Of a DNA stretch of 64,000 nt, positions 51,401 to 61,242 are shown piece by piece. The translations under genes and the position numbers were made by a program. This DNA comes from Amphiscolops sp. MND2022 (Eukaryota). The notes beneath the pieces are model-generated. The model was not told the origin of the DNA, ran no database searches, and was given only the letters and a program-made list of their open reading frames with translations. Within the stretch, counting starts at the first letter, position 1. The number at the start of each line of letters is the position of its first letter. The stretch lies in the NCBI GenBank assembly GCA_964187785.1, contig OZ076410.1, positions 63,612,001 to 63,676,000 of the forward strand. The letters are read 5' to 3'.

Positions 51401-52477
51401 CAGTAATTGATTAACATTGTTTTTTTTTCAAAATTTGGTACATTTCAAGGGCTTTAATGCTCGGAGGTTGGTGATGAAAAAATTTGCCTCATGAATGTGA
51501 AGTTTTCATTCAGTCTCTTAACATCATGAATGTCAATGCACTTGTCGCCATTAGGTTCTAATTTTTTTGACTTTTGATCTAGCAGAAACAAGAAGTTGAA
51601 TGAGTTTATCTTCTCCAAGTTTTCCCAATACATAATAATGATTGCTCATTGTAGTTTCGACTGTTTCATTGCTCCGGTAACTTGCGGAAGTCACTTGAGT
51701 TCCTTGAGTCTTCTGTAATTTTTTCGTTGGTTCGCCATCATCTGCATCATTTCTTTCATGTCTAGTCTCGTTTTGTCATCTTGAATGCTCTCCAGCAACC
51801 GGGTTCCATAGTTTTTTGAACGATATGTAACGAATATTCGGGGAAATGTCCGGTGTAAAAAATAGCCTTTTCAGTTTGAAGGCAAAGATATTATAAAGAT
51901 CTTTCAATAGAATGTTTTCATAAAGATATCATAAGTCTTTCAATAGCGCGCGGTTAAAAACACTTCCAAAAACGACTGTTTACTAGCATGACGTAATCCC
52001 TGTTTAGATGTAATGATTAAAACAGGCTGAAAGAGTCAAAGTATTGAGTTCTGATTTTAAAATGCGTTCTGGAGCTACCACTAGGTGACCCATAAAAATT
52101 GGTAAACGTAACAAAAACTCAATAAGTTACCCTGGAGTGAGTAGCTCCATTGATTTTAACAGGAGCTGAGAATGAAGTGGCGATTGACATGATTGTGAAG
52201 CTGGTGAACAAGAAATTTGAAGAAGCCGGGACCACGATCAGGGCGGAGCTGGACCAGCTGAACCAGTCACACCAAATGGAGGGAGCCATGCCGAAGTTGT
52301 TGCCTAAAACCAACTCCGTCATTGCTCTGCACACAAAAGTGCGCAACAGAAAAACTCCCAGAGACCAGTTCGTTTTCTACTCTTTACGACTGATGCGGCT
52401 TCTCGTGGAATATTCTTTGTCACTCCTACCGTACGAAGATCACAGCGTTTCAACCCATCTTCAACACTCATACACCG
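45464..52477 (+). CDS. UCKL1: Uridine-cytidine kinase-like 1 (kinase domain + start of UPRT-like domain), 3' exons not in window
   Basis: Exons 45464-45554 (inferred, phase-compatible), 47371-47479, 47547-47694, 48416-48623, 48831-49055 and 52163-52477. Motifs are [67 protein letters not shown] and [17 protein letters not shown]. Confidence 0.95.
45727..45796. other. 70-nt pre-miRNA-like hairpin in UCKL1 intron 1
   Basis: 30-bp stem (45727-56 / 45767-96) with 2 mismatches and a 10-nt loop. Basal pairing extends a few nucleotides. Confidence 0.55.
46600..47130. repeat. Copy of the non-autonomous repeat family in UCKL1 intron 1
   Basis: gaggggacctttctg, gtgccgaaattacccgaaag and tggtccccgcg modules are shared with other copies. 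Confidence 0.55.
49381..49478 (+). mobile_element. tRNA(Leu/Ser-like)-derived SINE or Pol III unit in UCKL1 intron
   Basis: A box TGGCTTAGAGGG (49387), B box GGGTTCGAGTCTC (49447) and T7 run at 49472-78. Confidence 0.55.
49500..50075. repeat. Copy of the non-autonomous repeat family in UCKL1 intron
   Basis: ccaaagggtccccc...tgggccgttcccggtttgtt, the reverse complement of modules at 23000-23030 and 23240. Confidence 0.7.
50560..51830 (-). mobile_element. Decayed LINE RT fragment in UCKL1 intron
   Basis: [36 protein letters not shown] on the minus strand, with many stops. Confidence 0.75.
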
Positions 52478-53116
52478 GTACGTTTTACTGTTTACTTTCG
52501 TAGTTCAAAGTCTCCTGAGTTAAAATCCTCAAAGTCAGTTTCTAGAATGAAATTTAAATGAAATGAAATCGAAAGATTGGGTGTATGATGCGGCCGTCCT
52601 GCTTCGCGCCCTTCGTCAAAACTAGACACTTCTCGAGTAATAGCAGGCCGCTTCGCTTCTGCATTTAGGGCTCTATTGGTATGTGAACGTTGCTAATCAC
52701 AATTCTGTAATTAAAAAAATTAACGTAGGAGAAATCAACTGCCAGATTTTGACCTAACACCACTATTAGTGAACCTTCGATAACAGTTTTTCACCAGCAA
52801 GCTTAGTTCACTATTGACCTTTTTGTCATTTTGAAATGTGAATTGGCATTCATTACATAACCATATTCATGCTCTTTGATATGGATAATTTTCTGTATTC
52901 CGTAGCATCTAAACCCTGGTGAAAACGTATGTGAACAAAGGCTCATTTTTTTGCATTATGGAAACAATCGTTCTTGAAACAATTCACAACAGAAAACATA
53001 ATGAATTTAAACTGGGCGTGTTGATTGTACCAAAACACCGATAATTACCAGTGGCGGTTTTAGGATTTTCTCAACGGGAATGCGGATTTTCAAAGACAGC
53101 GAAAATTGTCGAAAAA

Positions 53117-55511
53117 TTAATTGAATTTGAGCCTTATATTTTTTGACGCGAATCTATTTATGATATCATCAACATCAATAACCAAATCTGAATGAATATA
53201 AGCAAGTGCCAAACTGCTAAGTCTCTCTTCTGACATTGTTGATCGGAGGTAAGTTTTCAAAAGTTTTAGAGCTGAAAACGAGCGTTCTGCTTCTGCACTA
53301 GAAACAGGAATAGTTGCAAAGATTTGAAGCAGAGAGTAAACGCCAGGCAAAAAGTTCTTGTTGCACTCATCGATCGTTGCCGTCATTGTAAGTGGTAGGT
53401 TTTCCAGAGGAATATCCTTCCATTGTTGAACCCAAGTCTCAAATTGACTTTCAAGTGATTCCAAGGGACAAGGAAGAATTTGTTTGTAAAACTCAGCGAC
53501 AGGTTTCACATCTGAGTACTGTAGCTGGTTCGCTCGGAAAAATCTTGGTAGAAGGGCAGAAATTTTCATGGCCATAGCATTATGAGCAGAAAATCGCCTT
53601 TCTAGTTCAGCTAAAATGAAGTCCAAAAAAGGAATATAAACTTTTTGACGGTAATAATCACGAACATCCGTTGTCCCGGTTCTAGGTGCTCTACGGGACC
53701 CAGGTAATTCATCAATTCGTAGTTCCCCAATCATTTCCACAGAATCTTCATAAACTCTATCAAAAATTCCTGAGCCAGACCCATTTCTCCAATTTTGAAA
53801 ATTTTCCTTCAACAAGTTTACACGCTTTACAACCTGTTGAAGCTCTTCCTGTGGACCTTGGAGTGCTAGACTGACCCACCGCGATGCTCCCAAAACATGT
53901 TTCAATGTTTGCAGTGCCACTGCAAAATCAGAACGAGATATAGCTGCTAATAGACAAGTTGCTTCTGGTGCAGCTGAGTCATTAATCCAGGTACTAATTT
54001 GAGACAAAGTTAGTGAAACTGCTTGGAAAAGTTGGCAAAAAGTTAGAATACCATCATGTCTCTCGACCCAACGTGTCTCAGACAACTTCGATAGAACGGT
54101 TTTATTAGAATTGATGGCTTGAGCATCTTGTTCAAACACTTTATGTCGTTTAACTGAGTTTCGAAAGAACGAAATAATCTTTGTGACAGTTAACATTGTG
54201 TTTTTGATTGCTGGGACCTTACAGGAAGTGCTAAGAGAGAGATTCAAACAATGCGAGACACAATGAGTATATAGGGCCAAGGGGTACCTTTCTTGTACGA
54301 GTGCCTGGACTCCTCTGTGAACGCCAGACAATGCGCTCGCCCCATCATAACCTTGTCCCACCATGTATTTCCATATTTAATCCAAGGTCTTGTAATTTTT
54401 CAATGATTGTATTTGCAAGTGGCTCAGAAGAAAACTCACAAATGTCACAGAAACCAACGAATTCTTCACGTATTCTGCAATCAAAGAAGTAACGGATGCA
54501 CAAGTACAGCTGTTCCGATCTCGAAACGTCACTAGTTTCGTCAGCTATGACTGCGAAGAATTTCGCTGCTTTGATATCCGTAGTAATTTTGTTAAGTATG
54601 TTATCCCCAATGCAGCTGATAATTTCATTTTGAGCCGTTTTTGCAATATACTGCGCATTTTTCTTGCCTCGTGTCAAGTGGTCTTCAAGATCTTCGTTTC
54701 CGAGGGTTGTTAATTGTAATACTGCCCTCAAGTTGCCTGAGCTAAAATCAATATTCGCAAAACTTGTTGGGGGTTGAAGTGATCCATGGTCCCGGTGTCC
54801 GCGTAACGGGAGACCTAGTTTGGCACAAAAAAGGATCGATTCAATGATTGGCTTCAGTGCCCTTCTTTTTCTTGCAACTTCTTCCCTAACTTGACAGTCC
54901 AATTGTAAATCTATTGCTCCATCTGGTTTTCTGAAGAATTTCATGAAATCATTAGCCTTTTGAACAGCAATTTCATGATTGAATGTTTTTGAGTGTTTTG
55001 TGATATACCCGTTTTCTCCAAAAAGACGAGTGTATTTATCTAAAGCTCGGGTTAAAAGGTAAATTCCATTTTCTTTCCCCGATTTTGATTTAACTTGGTC
55101 GATATCGGCAAATAAAACACACGTTCTGCAAAACAGTCCTTTTTTGGATGGCGAAAAAACAAGAAACTAGTTCTTTTCCAAATGTTCAGCTCTCAAATAA
55201 CGTTTTTCCTCTCGTCCATGAGACTTTCTCACTTCAAAAGGCCAGTTGAAATCTTCAGACGGTGTAAAATGATTGGTAATAAACTTGTATTTGTCTTCTC
55301 TGGTTAATATTTGATCCACTGCAGTTGCAATATCAACGTGTGAAATGTCTCTATGGGCCTGTGATGTCGGTTCGTCGAGAATTTCAACTGACAAATTCAT
55401 TTCTGCTTCAGGTTCGGACTTATGCTGAGAATTAATAGCCCGCTTTTTGGCAAAGAAAGTAGTAATAGATGGTGGTAAACGCTTCGACATTGACCGGAAA
55501 AGCCTAATCAA
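53117..55511 (-). pseudogene. hAT transposase (TTF-type Zn finger, DUF4371-like, dimerisation domain); one stop and one frameshift
   Basis: ORFs 55167-55511, 54345-54944 and 53117-54364 carry GLFCRTCVLF, LPLRGH, FAVIADETSDVS, GQGYDGA, HCVSHCLNL, LSETRWVERH, PVSSAEAERSFSALK and STMSEERL. Confidence 0.93.
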
Positions 55512-55628
55512 CAGTTAAGTTAATGGCCAAGATAATAATTACCAAATTAAGTTAGTACCCAAGTTAAATTTGTAGCCAGGTTTAAATTGTGAGCTATTAT
55601 AACACACAAATTCAACAAACAGCTATAA

Positions 55629-56047
55629 GGGGAATTCCCACACAGCAGAAGTCTCATACAGCAGAAAATGAAAATTCGGTCCCATTCAGCAGAATATTTC
55701 TTTATACTGCAATCTGATTGGCTGAAATTTCAAATCGAATTGAATTCACTATGATGAAAACGCGTGTCAGATTTTGTCGGAATTATTATAACGTAGTCAG
55801 ATATGTTCACATACCCCTAGTGCCCTAAATGCAGGAGCGAAGCGAAGCGGAGCGACGTGCCATATGGCCATGCCTCAATGTTGCTACTTGGCGAAGGGAG
55901 CGAAGCGACCGAGCCATACAACAAATATGCAATCCTTTTCAAATAAATCAAGTTTCAACATACTGGCTGTAACAACACTAAAAGCTAGTAATCTGAATTC
56001 TGCTGTATGGGACCGAATATTCATTTTCTGCTGTATGAATAGGCCCC
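55629..56047. mobile_element. MULE-like MITE nested in the hAT 5' region, carrying a 'D' element (55787-55927)
   Basis: TIR core catacagcagaaaatgaa(a/t)attcggtccca at both ends. TSD agctataa at 55621-28 and 56048-55, or 9 bp cagctataa. Confidence 0.85.
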
Positions 56048-56369
56048 AGCTATAAAGCAGGCACGAGATTTGCACGAAATGCTCACGTGTTAAGTTGGTC
56101 GGTTTCATAACATGCATTCTGATTGGTTGTAAACTCAGCGACTATAAAATCAGTTTTCTACCGAGCTTTTTCATTGGTGGAACCGGGCGGACCGGAACGA
56201 GAGCACCGGTTTAAAATTTGAAAGTAAGCAAACTCGGTTCTTTTTCTTAAAGGGGAATACTACCGCATGCCCCCTAAAACCGCCCCTGATAATTACCAAA
56301 TTACCGCGATTTTTCAGTGTTCACGTGGCTACAACGCATGTGAAAAACTGAAAAATGAAAAAAAAATCG

Positions 56370-57026
56370 TTTGATACTCACTCGATAATGCTTTGTTGGT
56401 CCCCTCTCGCAAGAACAATGTACCTCAGTCTCTTTGGAAATGAACTTACATTTCGTTGCTTTCATCATTAGAGTATTAATGTCGAACCAATATTCTCAGG
56501 TTCTCGATGGGATTGCAATCGGGTGATCATAGTGCCCAGTCCAAATTTTCAGTTCCTCGAGTGACCGTAGATTTTGATGTATGGGGTGTCGCAATATTGT
56601 GCGTCAGAATCTAGCCCGGCTGATGATAGGGCAGGTAGTGATTTGTAAGAACACTTTGATAGTATCGTGAGTACGTATTTTGATCGGTAAAGTGCAGCGT
56701 TGTTCCATTCACTTTGATAGCACACCAGATTATAACACTTTTCGAGAACACTTTTTTCCGAACAACTTCCGATCTTGATTACACGCCCACCAATAATACC
56801 ACAAGTAATCGAGCCCATCGATGAGAATTCGTTTTTCGTCTGTCGAGGTGATGTTTATGTTGATTCTGTTCTATATGTCGTGCATACACCTTGACTATGC
56901 GAGTCGTTTGTTGATGTTGACTTGCGTCAGGGTGGTGCTTTCGATGTTTTGATGTATTTGTTATTTTTCCGTGTCTAAATTTTCCTGATGTTTCCTTGGG
57001 TACATATCAACTGTAAAGTCACTACA
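56370..57026 (-). repeat. Possible truncated LTR abutting the ORF-bearing LTR
   Basis: Minus strand begins TGTAGTGAC immediately after ...ATCACA. No matching far end or TSD was found. Confidence 0.3.
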
Positions 57027-57603
57027 TGTGATAATCCTCTAGGGACTCTGCATCTGACTCTTCGTCTGAATGAATGGTTACATCTACGTCGGATTCACTT
57101 CGAAACAAAGGCTTTGCAGGTTGTTTTAATTCTGTCATTTTAGATGCCCTAACAGGATTACTCTCATCTTCAGATTCAGCATTTTCTATATTGGATGCAT
57201 GAACTCCTATAGACTCTTTACTTTTAGATCCCGTGGGTTGTATATCTTCAATTTCATTAGTTAAAGACCTTGGGTTCGTTACTGTTGAGTGACTCCTGTT
57301 TGATTTTATCTCTTTCAGAATAGCATCTAGTTTATTCTCCATCTCCTCTCTCATTTTTTCAATCCTATTATTGTTTCTCTGATCAATAATCTCGGTCCAA
57401 GCTTGCATCTCAGAACTAGCTTGACTGGGTTCGACAAGTTGATTTCCTGGGTTCGGTTGTCCTAAATCTCCATCAACATTTAAGTTGGAATTAGTTAAAG
57501 TTATATTACCTGTTTCAGAAAAATCAGTTCTAGTTCTATCTTCCTCTCTTTCTGGGGACGGAGTTGCCAGTCTCCTTGATCTTCTACTTCTCTTATTCCC
57601 CAT
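57022..57603 (-). CDS. 193-aa basic N-terminus/coiled-coil/acidic ORF, probably LTR-encoded gag N-terminal part
   Basis: Uninterrupted ORF with a coiled-coil segment (IEKMREEMENKLDAILKEIK). The final codons cross the LTR boundary. Confidence 0.55.
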   Translation of the reverse strand: MGNKRSRRSRRLATPSPEREEDRTRTDFSETGNITLTNSNLNVDGDLGQPNPGNQLVEPSQASSEMQAWTEIIDQRNNNRIEKMREEMENKLDAILKEIKSNRSHSTVTNPRSLTNEIEDIQPTGSKSKESIGVHASNIENAESEDESNPVRASKMTELKQPAKPLFRSESDVDVTIHSDEESDAESLEDYHM

Positions 57604-57902
57604 CTTGTTGAGTAAAAACTAGTTATGGTTGTTGGGGAAGAATTTTAATTGGTTTCAGATTGAAAAATCCAAACTTCGGAAAACAATGAAAATGAAAATG
57701 AAGACAAAATGAAGGCAAAAGCTTGTATGAATTGACTCAACTGCACTTTATGAAGGTTATCTCAATTGTGTCTTTATCACAAATCACCCTTTTCTCCAAA
57801 ATAAAACAATGACAACCATTTTTACAGATATCATAGAATCCTGGAAAACCCAAATATAGTATGATATCATAGTTGCGTAATTCTATTTATAACATCATCA
57901 CA
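57027..57902 (-). mobile_element. Solo LTR-like unit (876 bp, TGTGAT...ATCACA) containing a long ORF
   Basis: Perfect 6-bp inverted termini. The ORF MGNKRSRR...EDYH runs to the last base of the unit. No TSD is evident (ctaca vs atgat). Confidence 0.6.
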
Positions 57903-58022
57903 ATGATTCAAATGTACTCAAATGAACTTAAGACCCTAGAAAAATGCTTTAAAACCGTAGATATAACATCACGAACAGCATAAATTGTATAACGAATGAA
58001 TACTGCATTATATCGCCGAAAA

Positions 58023-58461
58023 CCGCATATCACCGCATATGCAACAAATCTCGCAACGTATGGTAACGTATAATGTATATGAACATCGTTGTCAATACGC
58101 AAGTTGATGTATATGCTACTTCATTCATTACGCACAATCATTCATAATTCAACTATGTGAAACGTATGTTAATGCATGGTGACTGTCCACAAAACCGCAT
58201 AGTGACGCATAATGGTAGTGAAAAAAGGTATATCACCGCATGCTTTTAATACTTAAACGTGCATAATGATGTATGTTCAAAAGCGTATATTGACGTATAC
58301 TCGTTAAGCTGAAATGCGTATGTTGGTGTATACTTGCCAAGCCAAAACGTGTATGATGACGTATATACAATAAATCTAATTATGCGTGATACCGCTCTTT
58401 GGTATTTACAAAATGTTCAATGACGCATGTTAACCATCTTGATAACAGTATGATCGCGCAT
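58023..58461 (+). repeat. CGYAT motif array 1
   Basis: 14 exact CG(C/T)AT copies counted on the + strand in about 440 bp, plus several TGTAT/TGCAT variants. Confidence 0.8.
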
Positions 58462-58699
58462 AATGATGAATCAAAAATCACGAGTAAGTCATTCTTATGC
58501 AATCACAAAACATATTTTACGTCCATGAATGAAATTTAAACGGGTCAAGGAGCTTTGAAGGGTCTACAAAAACAATTAAAAGAAAACATCCTCAATAAGA
58601 ACAAATGGATGATCATCAAGATACGGTAGAAAATGTTATTAGAATGAGTTTTGATGGGTTTAAAATGTTTGTTTCACCAAGTTTTGGGGTTGTTCCTTT

Positions 58700-59725
58700 T
58701 TAGTGCTGCTCTACGGAACCATCGCATCTTGGTGGATGCGACAGTCCCGCATTTTTAAAAAGGAACAATGCCGCCTCGAATCCATGGATGAATGCCCTTG
58801 ATCTTATGGTTCTCTCTTTTACTGTCTCGCCCTCGTATTCCGTTGCAGCTAGATACTCGCCCAGGGTCTCCAATGCTATCTGATCGTAGCATTTTCCACA
58901 TAGTTGACAGTAACCTGCGACGTTTGCCATCACTGTGGGTATCAGTCGAATGCTGTGTCTTTCTTGGGCTGGGATTAATAAAGAGTTAGCACTGTGAGTG
59001 GTATTGAAAGGGAACCCGAGTTGAACCATAGGTTGCATCAACTGTGTCACTCTTCGAGTCTCATGACCGGTCTCACCGATGTTAAGGGGGAACAACATTG
59101 GAGATAAGTTGAATCCCACTACATTTCCCTGCACAGTACTTTGTGGAGGAACTATATTCCCTTGTGTTTCTTGTTCCATCGGCTCATTTAAAGGCTGTTG
59201 TTGGATGCTTGTTAACTCGGGCCTATAGTTTGGCGGGTACAGAGGTATTGGGCGTGCAAGAATTCCTGAGTCATCAGAACTTCTCTGGTTCGGTGGGACA
59301 ATAGCGGTGGGCCGGCCATAACTATTGGTGGGTTCTCTACATCTGTCTCTTTGAGTCCAAGGGAATAAATTCCCTTCTTCAAATTCGCTGTCCACAAACG
59401 AATTTGGAGAGGCCACCTGCTCGCTTTGGGGGTCCCCGATCAAATTCATAAGGTCCCTTTCCAGTTGGGTTCCTGACGCAACAGTGGTTACATCTTGAGT
59501 CAGTGATTCGCTTGTACTCGGGAACAAAGTAGCTGTTGTTGCGCCCACAAATGCCGACATTAGATTGCTCCCAGATGTATTTATTCGAAACTTGTCATCT
59601 AGGTGGGTAATGTCTCCGGGGGCGAGGGAAAAAGAGTCTTCTGATCCGCTTGAGATATCCACCACATCGGGCGATATGGGGGAATAAAGATAGGCATCAT
59701 CAATGTTGAGTTGAGATTTATTCAT
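58700..59725 (-). CDS. Orphan 341-aa single-exon protein: disordered S/P/Q-rich N-terminus, C-terminal CxxCxxC + helical domain
   Basis: Uninterrupted 1026-nt ORF in AT-rich DNA. C-terminus AGYCQLCGKCYDQIALETLGEY...RAFIHGFEAALFLF. Confidence 0.7.
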   Translation of the reverse strand: MNKSQLNIDDAYLYSPISPDVVDISSGSEDSFSLAPGDITHLDDKFRINTSGSNLMSAFVGATTATLFPSTSESLTQDVTTVASGTQLERDLMNLIGDPQSEQVASPNSFVDSEFEEGNLFPWTQRDRCREPTNSYGRPTAIVPPNQRSSDDSGILARPIPLYPPNYRPELTSIQQQPLNEPMEQETQGNIVPPQSTVQGNVVGFNLSPMLFPLNIGETGHETRRVTQLMQPMVQLGFPFNTTHSANSLLIPAQERHSIRLIPTVMANVAGYCQLCGKCYDQIALETLGEYLAATEYEGETVKERTIRSRAFIHGFEAALFLFKNAGLSHPPRCDGSVEQH

Positions 59726-60382
59726 TTTTTCAATGTTACAGAAATGTTACTTGAAGTTTGAAATTTTGAAGGTTTTACAAGCGACTGATTTTCAGTTTAG
59801 CAAAGACCATATGGTGAAAATTCTACTTAAAATTTCTTGACTTCACTGAAACCCCGCAAAAAACTTGAGTGTCATTGTAGCGTGGGGTCGACAGAGCCTT
59901 ATATGGAAGTAAGGTTGATAAAACCTTATAAACAAAGGTGTTTAGTCTGAGTTCTCTCCTTTAAGGTAAATAAACGAAGTAGGTGTAAGTTTTCCACACC
60001 TTCACCAATCGGAACTTTCTTTTGATCATCATTCAACTTTGTTCCAACTATAACTTGATTAGATGTAAACAAAAAATATCATGAGTTGAGATTTTACCGG
60101 GAGGGCAATTCAAAAATTTCATGGAGTCCCGTATAAAAATGATCATGAACTTGTATTGATAGAATTAGCTACATGACTATTTTAAAGTTTTACAAAGGGA
60201 ATAATAAAATGTTGGGTGTCCCGCACTTGAAAAGTGCGCAATTTCTTACTTTAAATATGACCAAACAGACAGTTCGTTTGTGAGATGTCAATAGATTATT
60301 TTTGGTCCAAAAGTTTATTTCTAGGTACATCTCCACAGATTTCTCTTGTAGGTTTATAGTCCATCAACTGGTGTCTGTTTTT

Positions 60383-60820
60383 TCGTATCGACACTGTATT
60401 GCGTATGTTTATCTAAAGTTCTGCGCAAATGCGCATAACCACCATCACTGAGTGTGTATTAGCGTATGCATAATCGTATCACAGCAGCAAGCCATCAAAT
60501 GAGTAATCTCGTTGATTACATAATGTTCGGTGTAGTCATACCACTGCTATAGTAGATATTAGCACGTGTTTATACTAGTCATATTTCAGCATAATGTCGT
60601 ACAATCTGTATCCTTCTTTCCGCGGGATGCCGCATACTCGTAGACTATTATTACGTATGCTGTCGTATATTGTATATCTGTGAATCCGCATATTGATGTA
60701 TATGCGTTGGCTGTAAATACGCATGTCACCGCATATCAGTACTTTATCTCCGTGTGTACACGTGTGCCTTCTGTGACAACTCCGCAGGTTGCCGCATATG
60801 CCCTCAACACAAGTCCGCAT
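60383..60820 (+). repeat. CGYAT motif array 2
   Basis: 13 exact CG(C/T)AT copies counted on the + strand in about 440 bp, in the same orientation as array 1. Confidence 0.8.
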
Positions 60821-61242
60821 GTTTGTGCTGTGGCAATTATGTTTGTTTTTATATTGCTTAAATGTCAATTACGTAATCAGACACTCTGGCAGGAAATGAC
60901 TGACTTTTGAATCGACCAATCAGATTTAAGTATGTTGTATCTTTTGGTACAACCGCCATATTTATTTGCTTTTTGCCTTTCGCTTGAAACGCCACACCTT
61001 CACATTGCATCTTGATCATCACGATTTTACATTGTATCTCTCAACGATTATCAACACTTTTTGAATCTTTAATTTTCCCAACTATCCTTTCTTCTCTTTT
61101 ACTCCAGTTAGAGTTACAGTTCGAGTCCTTACAGTCACAAATTTTATTCTTTTCCAATTATTAATTTGATATTGTTGATAAAGTTCTTCAATTTTGTACT
61201 CGATTTCTTTTTGGATAAACGTCAGTTGCTCCCAAATTCGTC

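Larger units (their letters stand above)
53049..56288 (-). mobile_element. hAT DNA transposon (ZMYM1/THAP12-like transposase family), near-intact
   Basis: TIR cagtggcggttttagg / cctaaaaccgcccctg. Perfect 8-bp TSD ataattac (53041-48, 56289-96). Confidence 0.95.

Noticed and set aside
57932-60326. ccctagaaaaatgc / gtttatttctaggt as TIRs of an element around the 341-aa ORF
   Set aside because: Only 10/14 identity, no TSD, and the second CGYAT array falls outside the pair.
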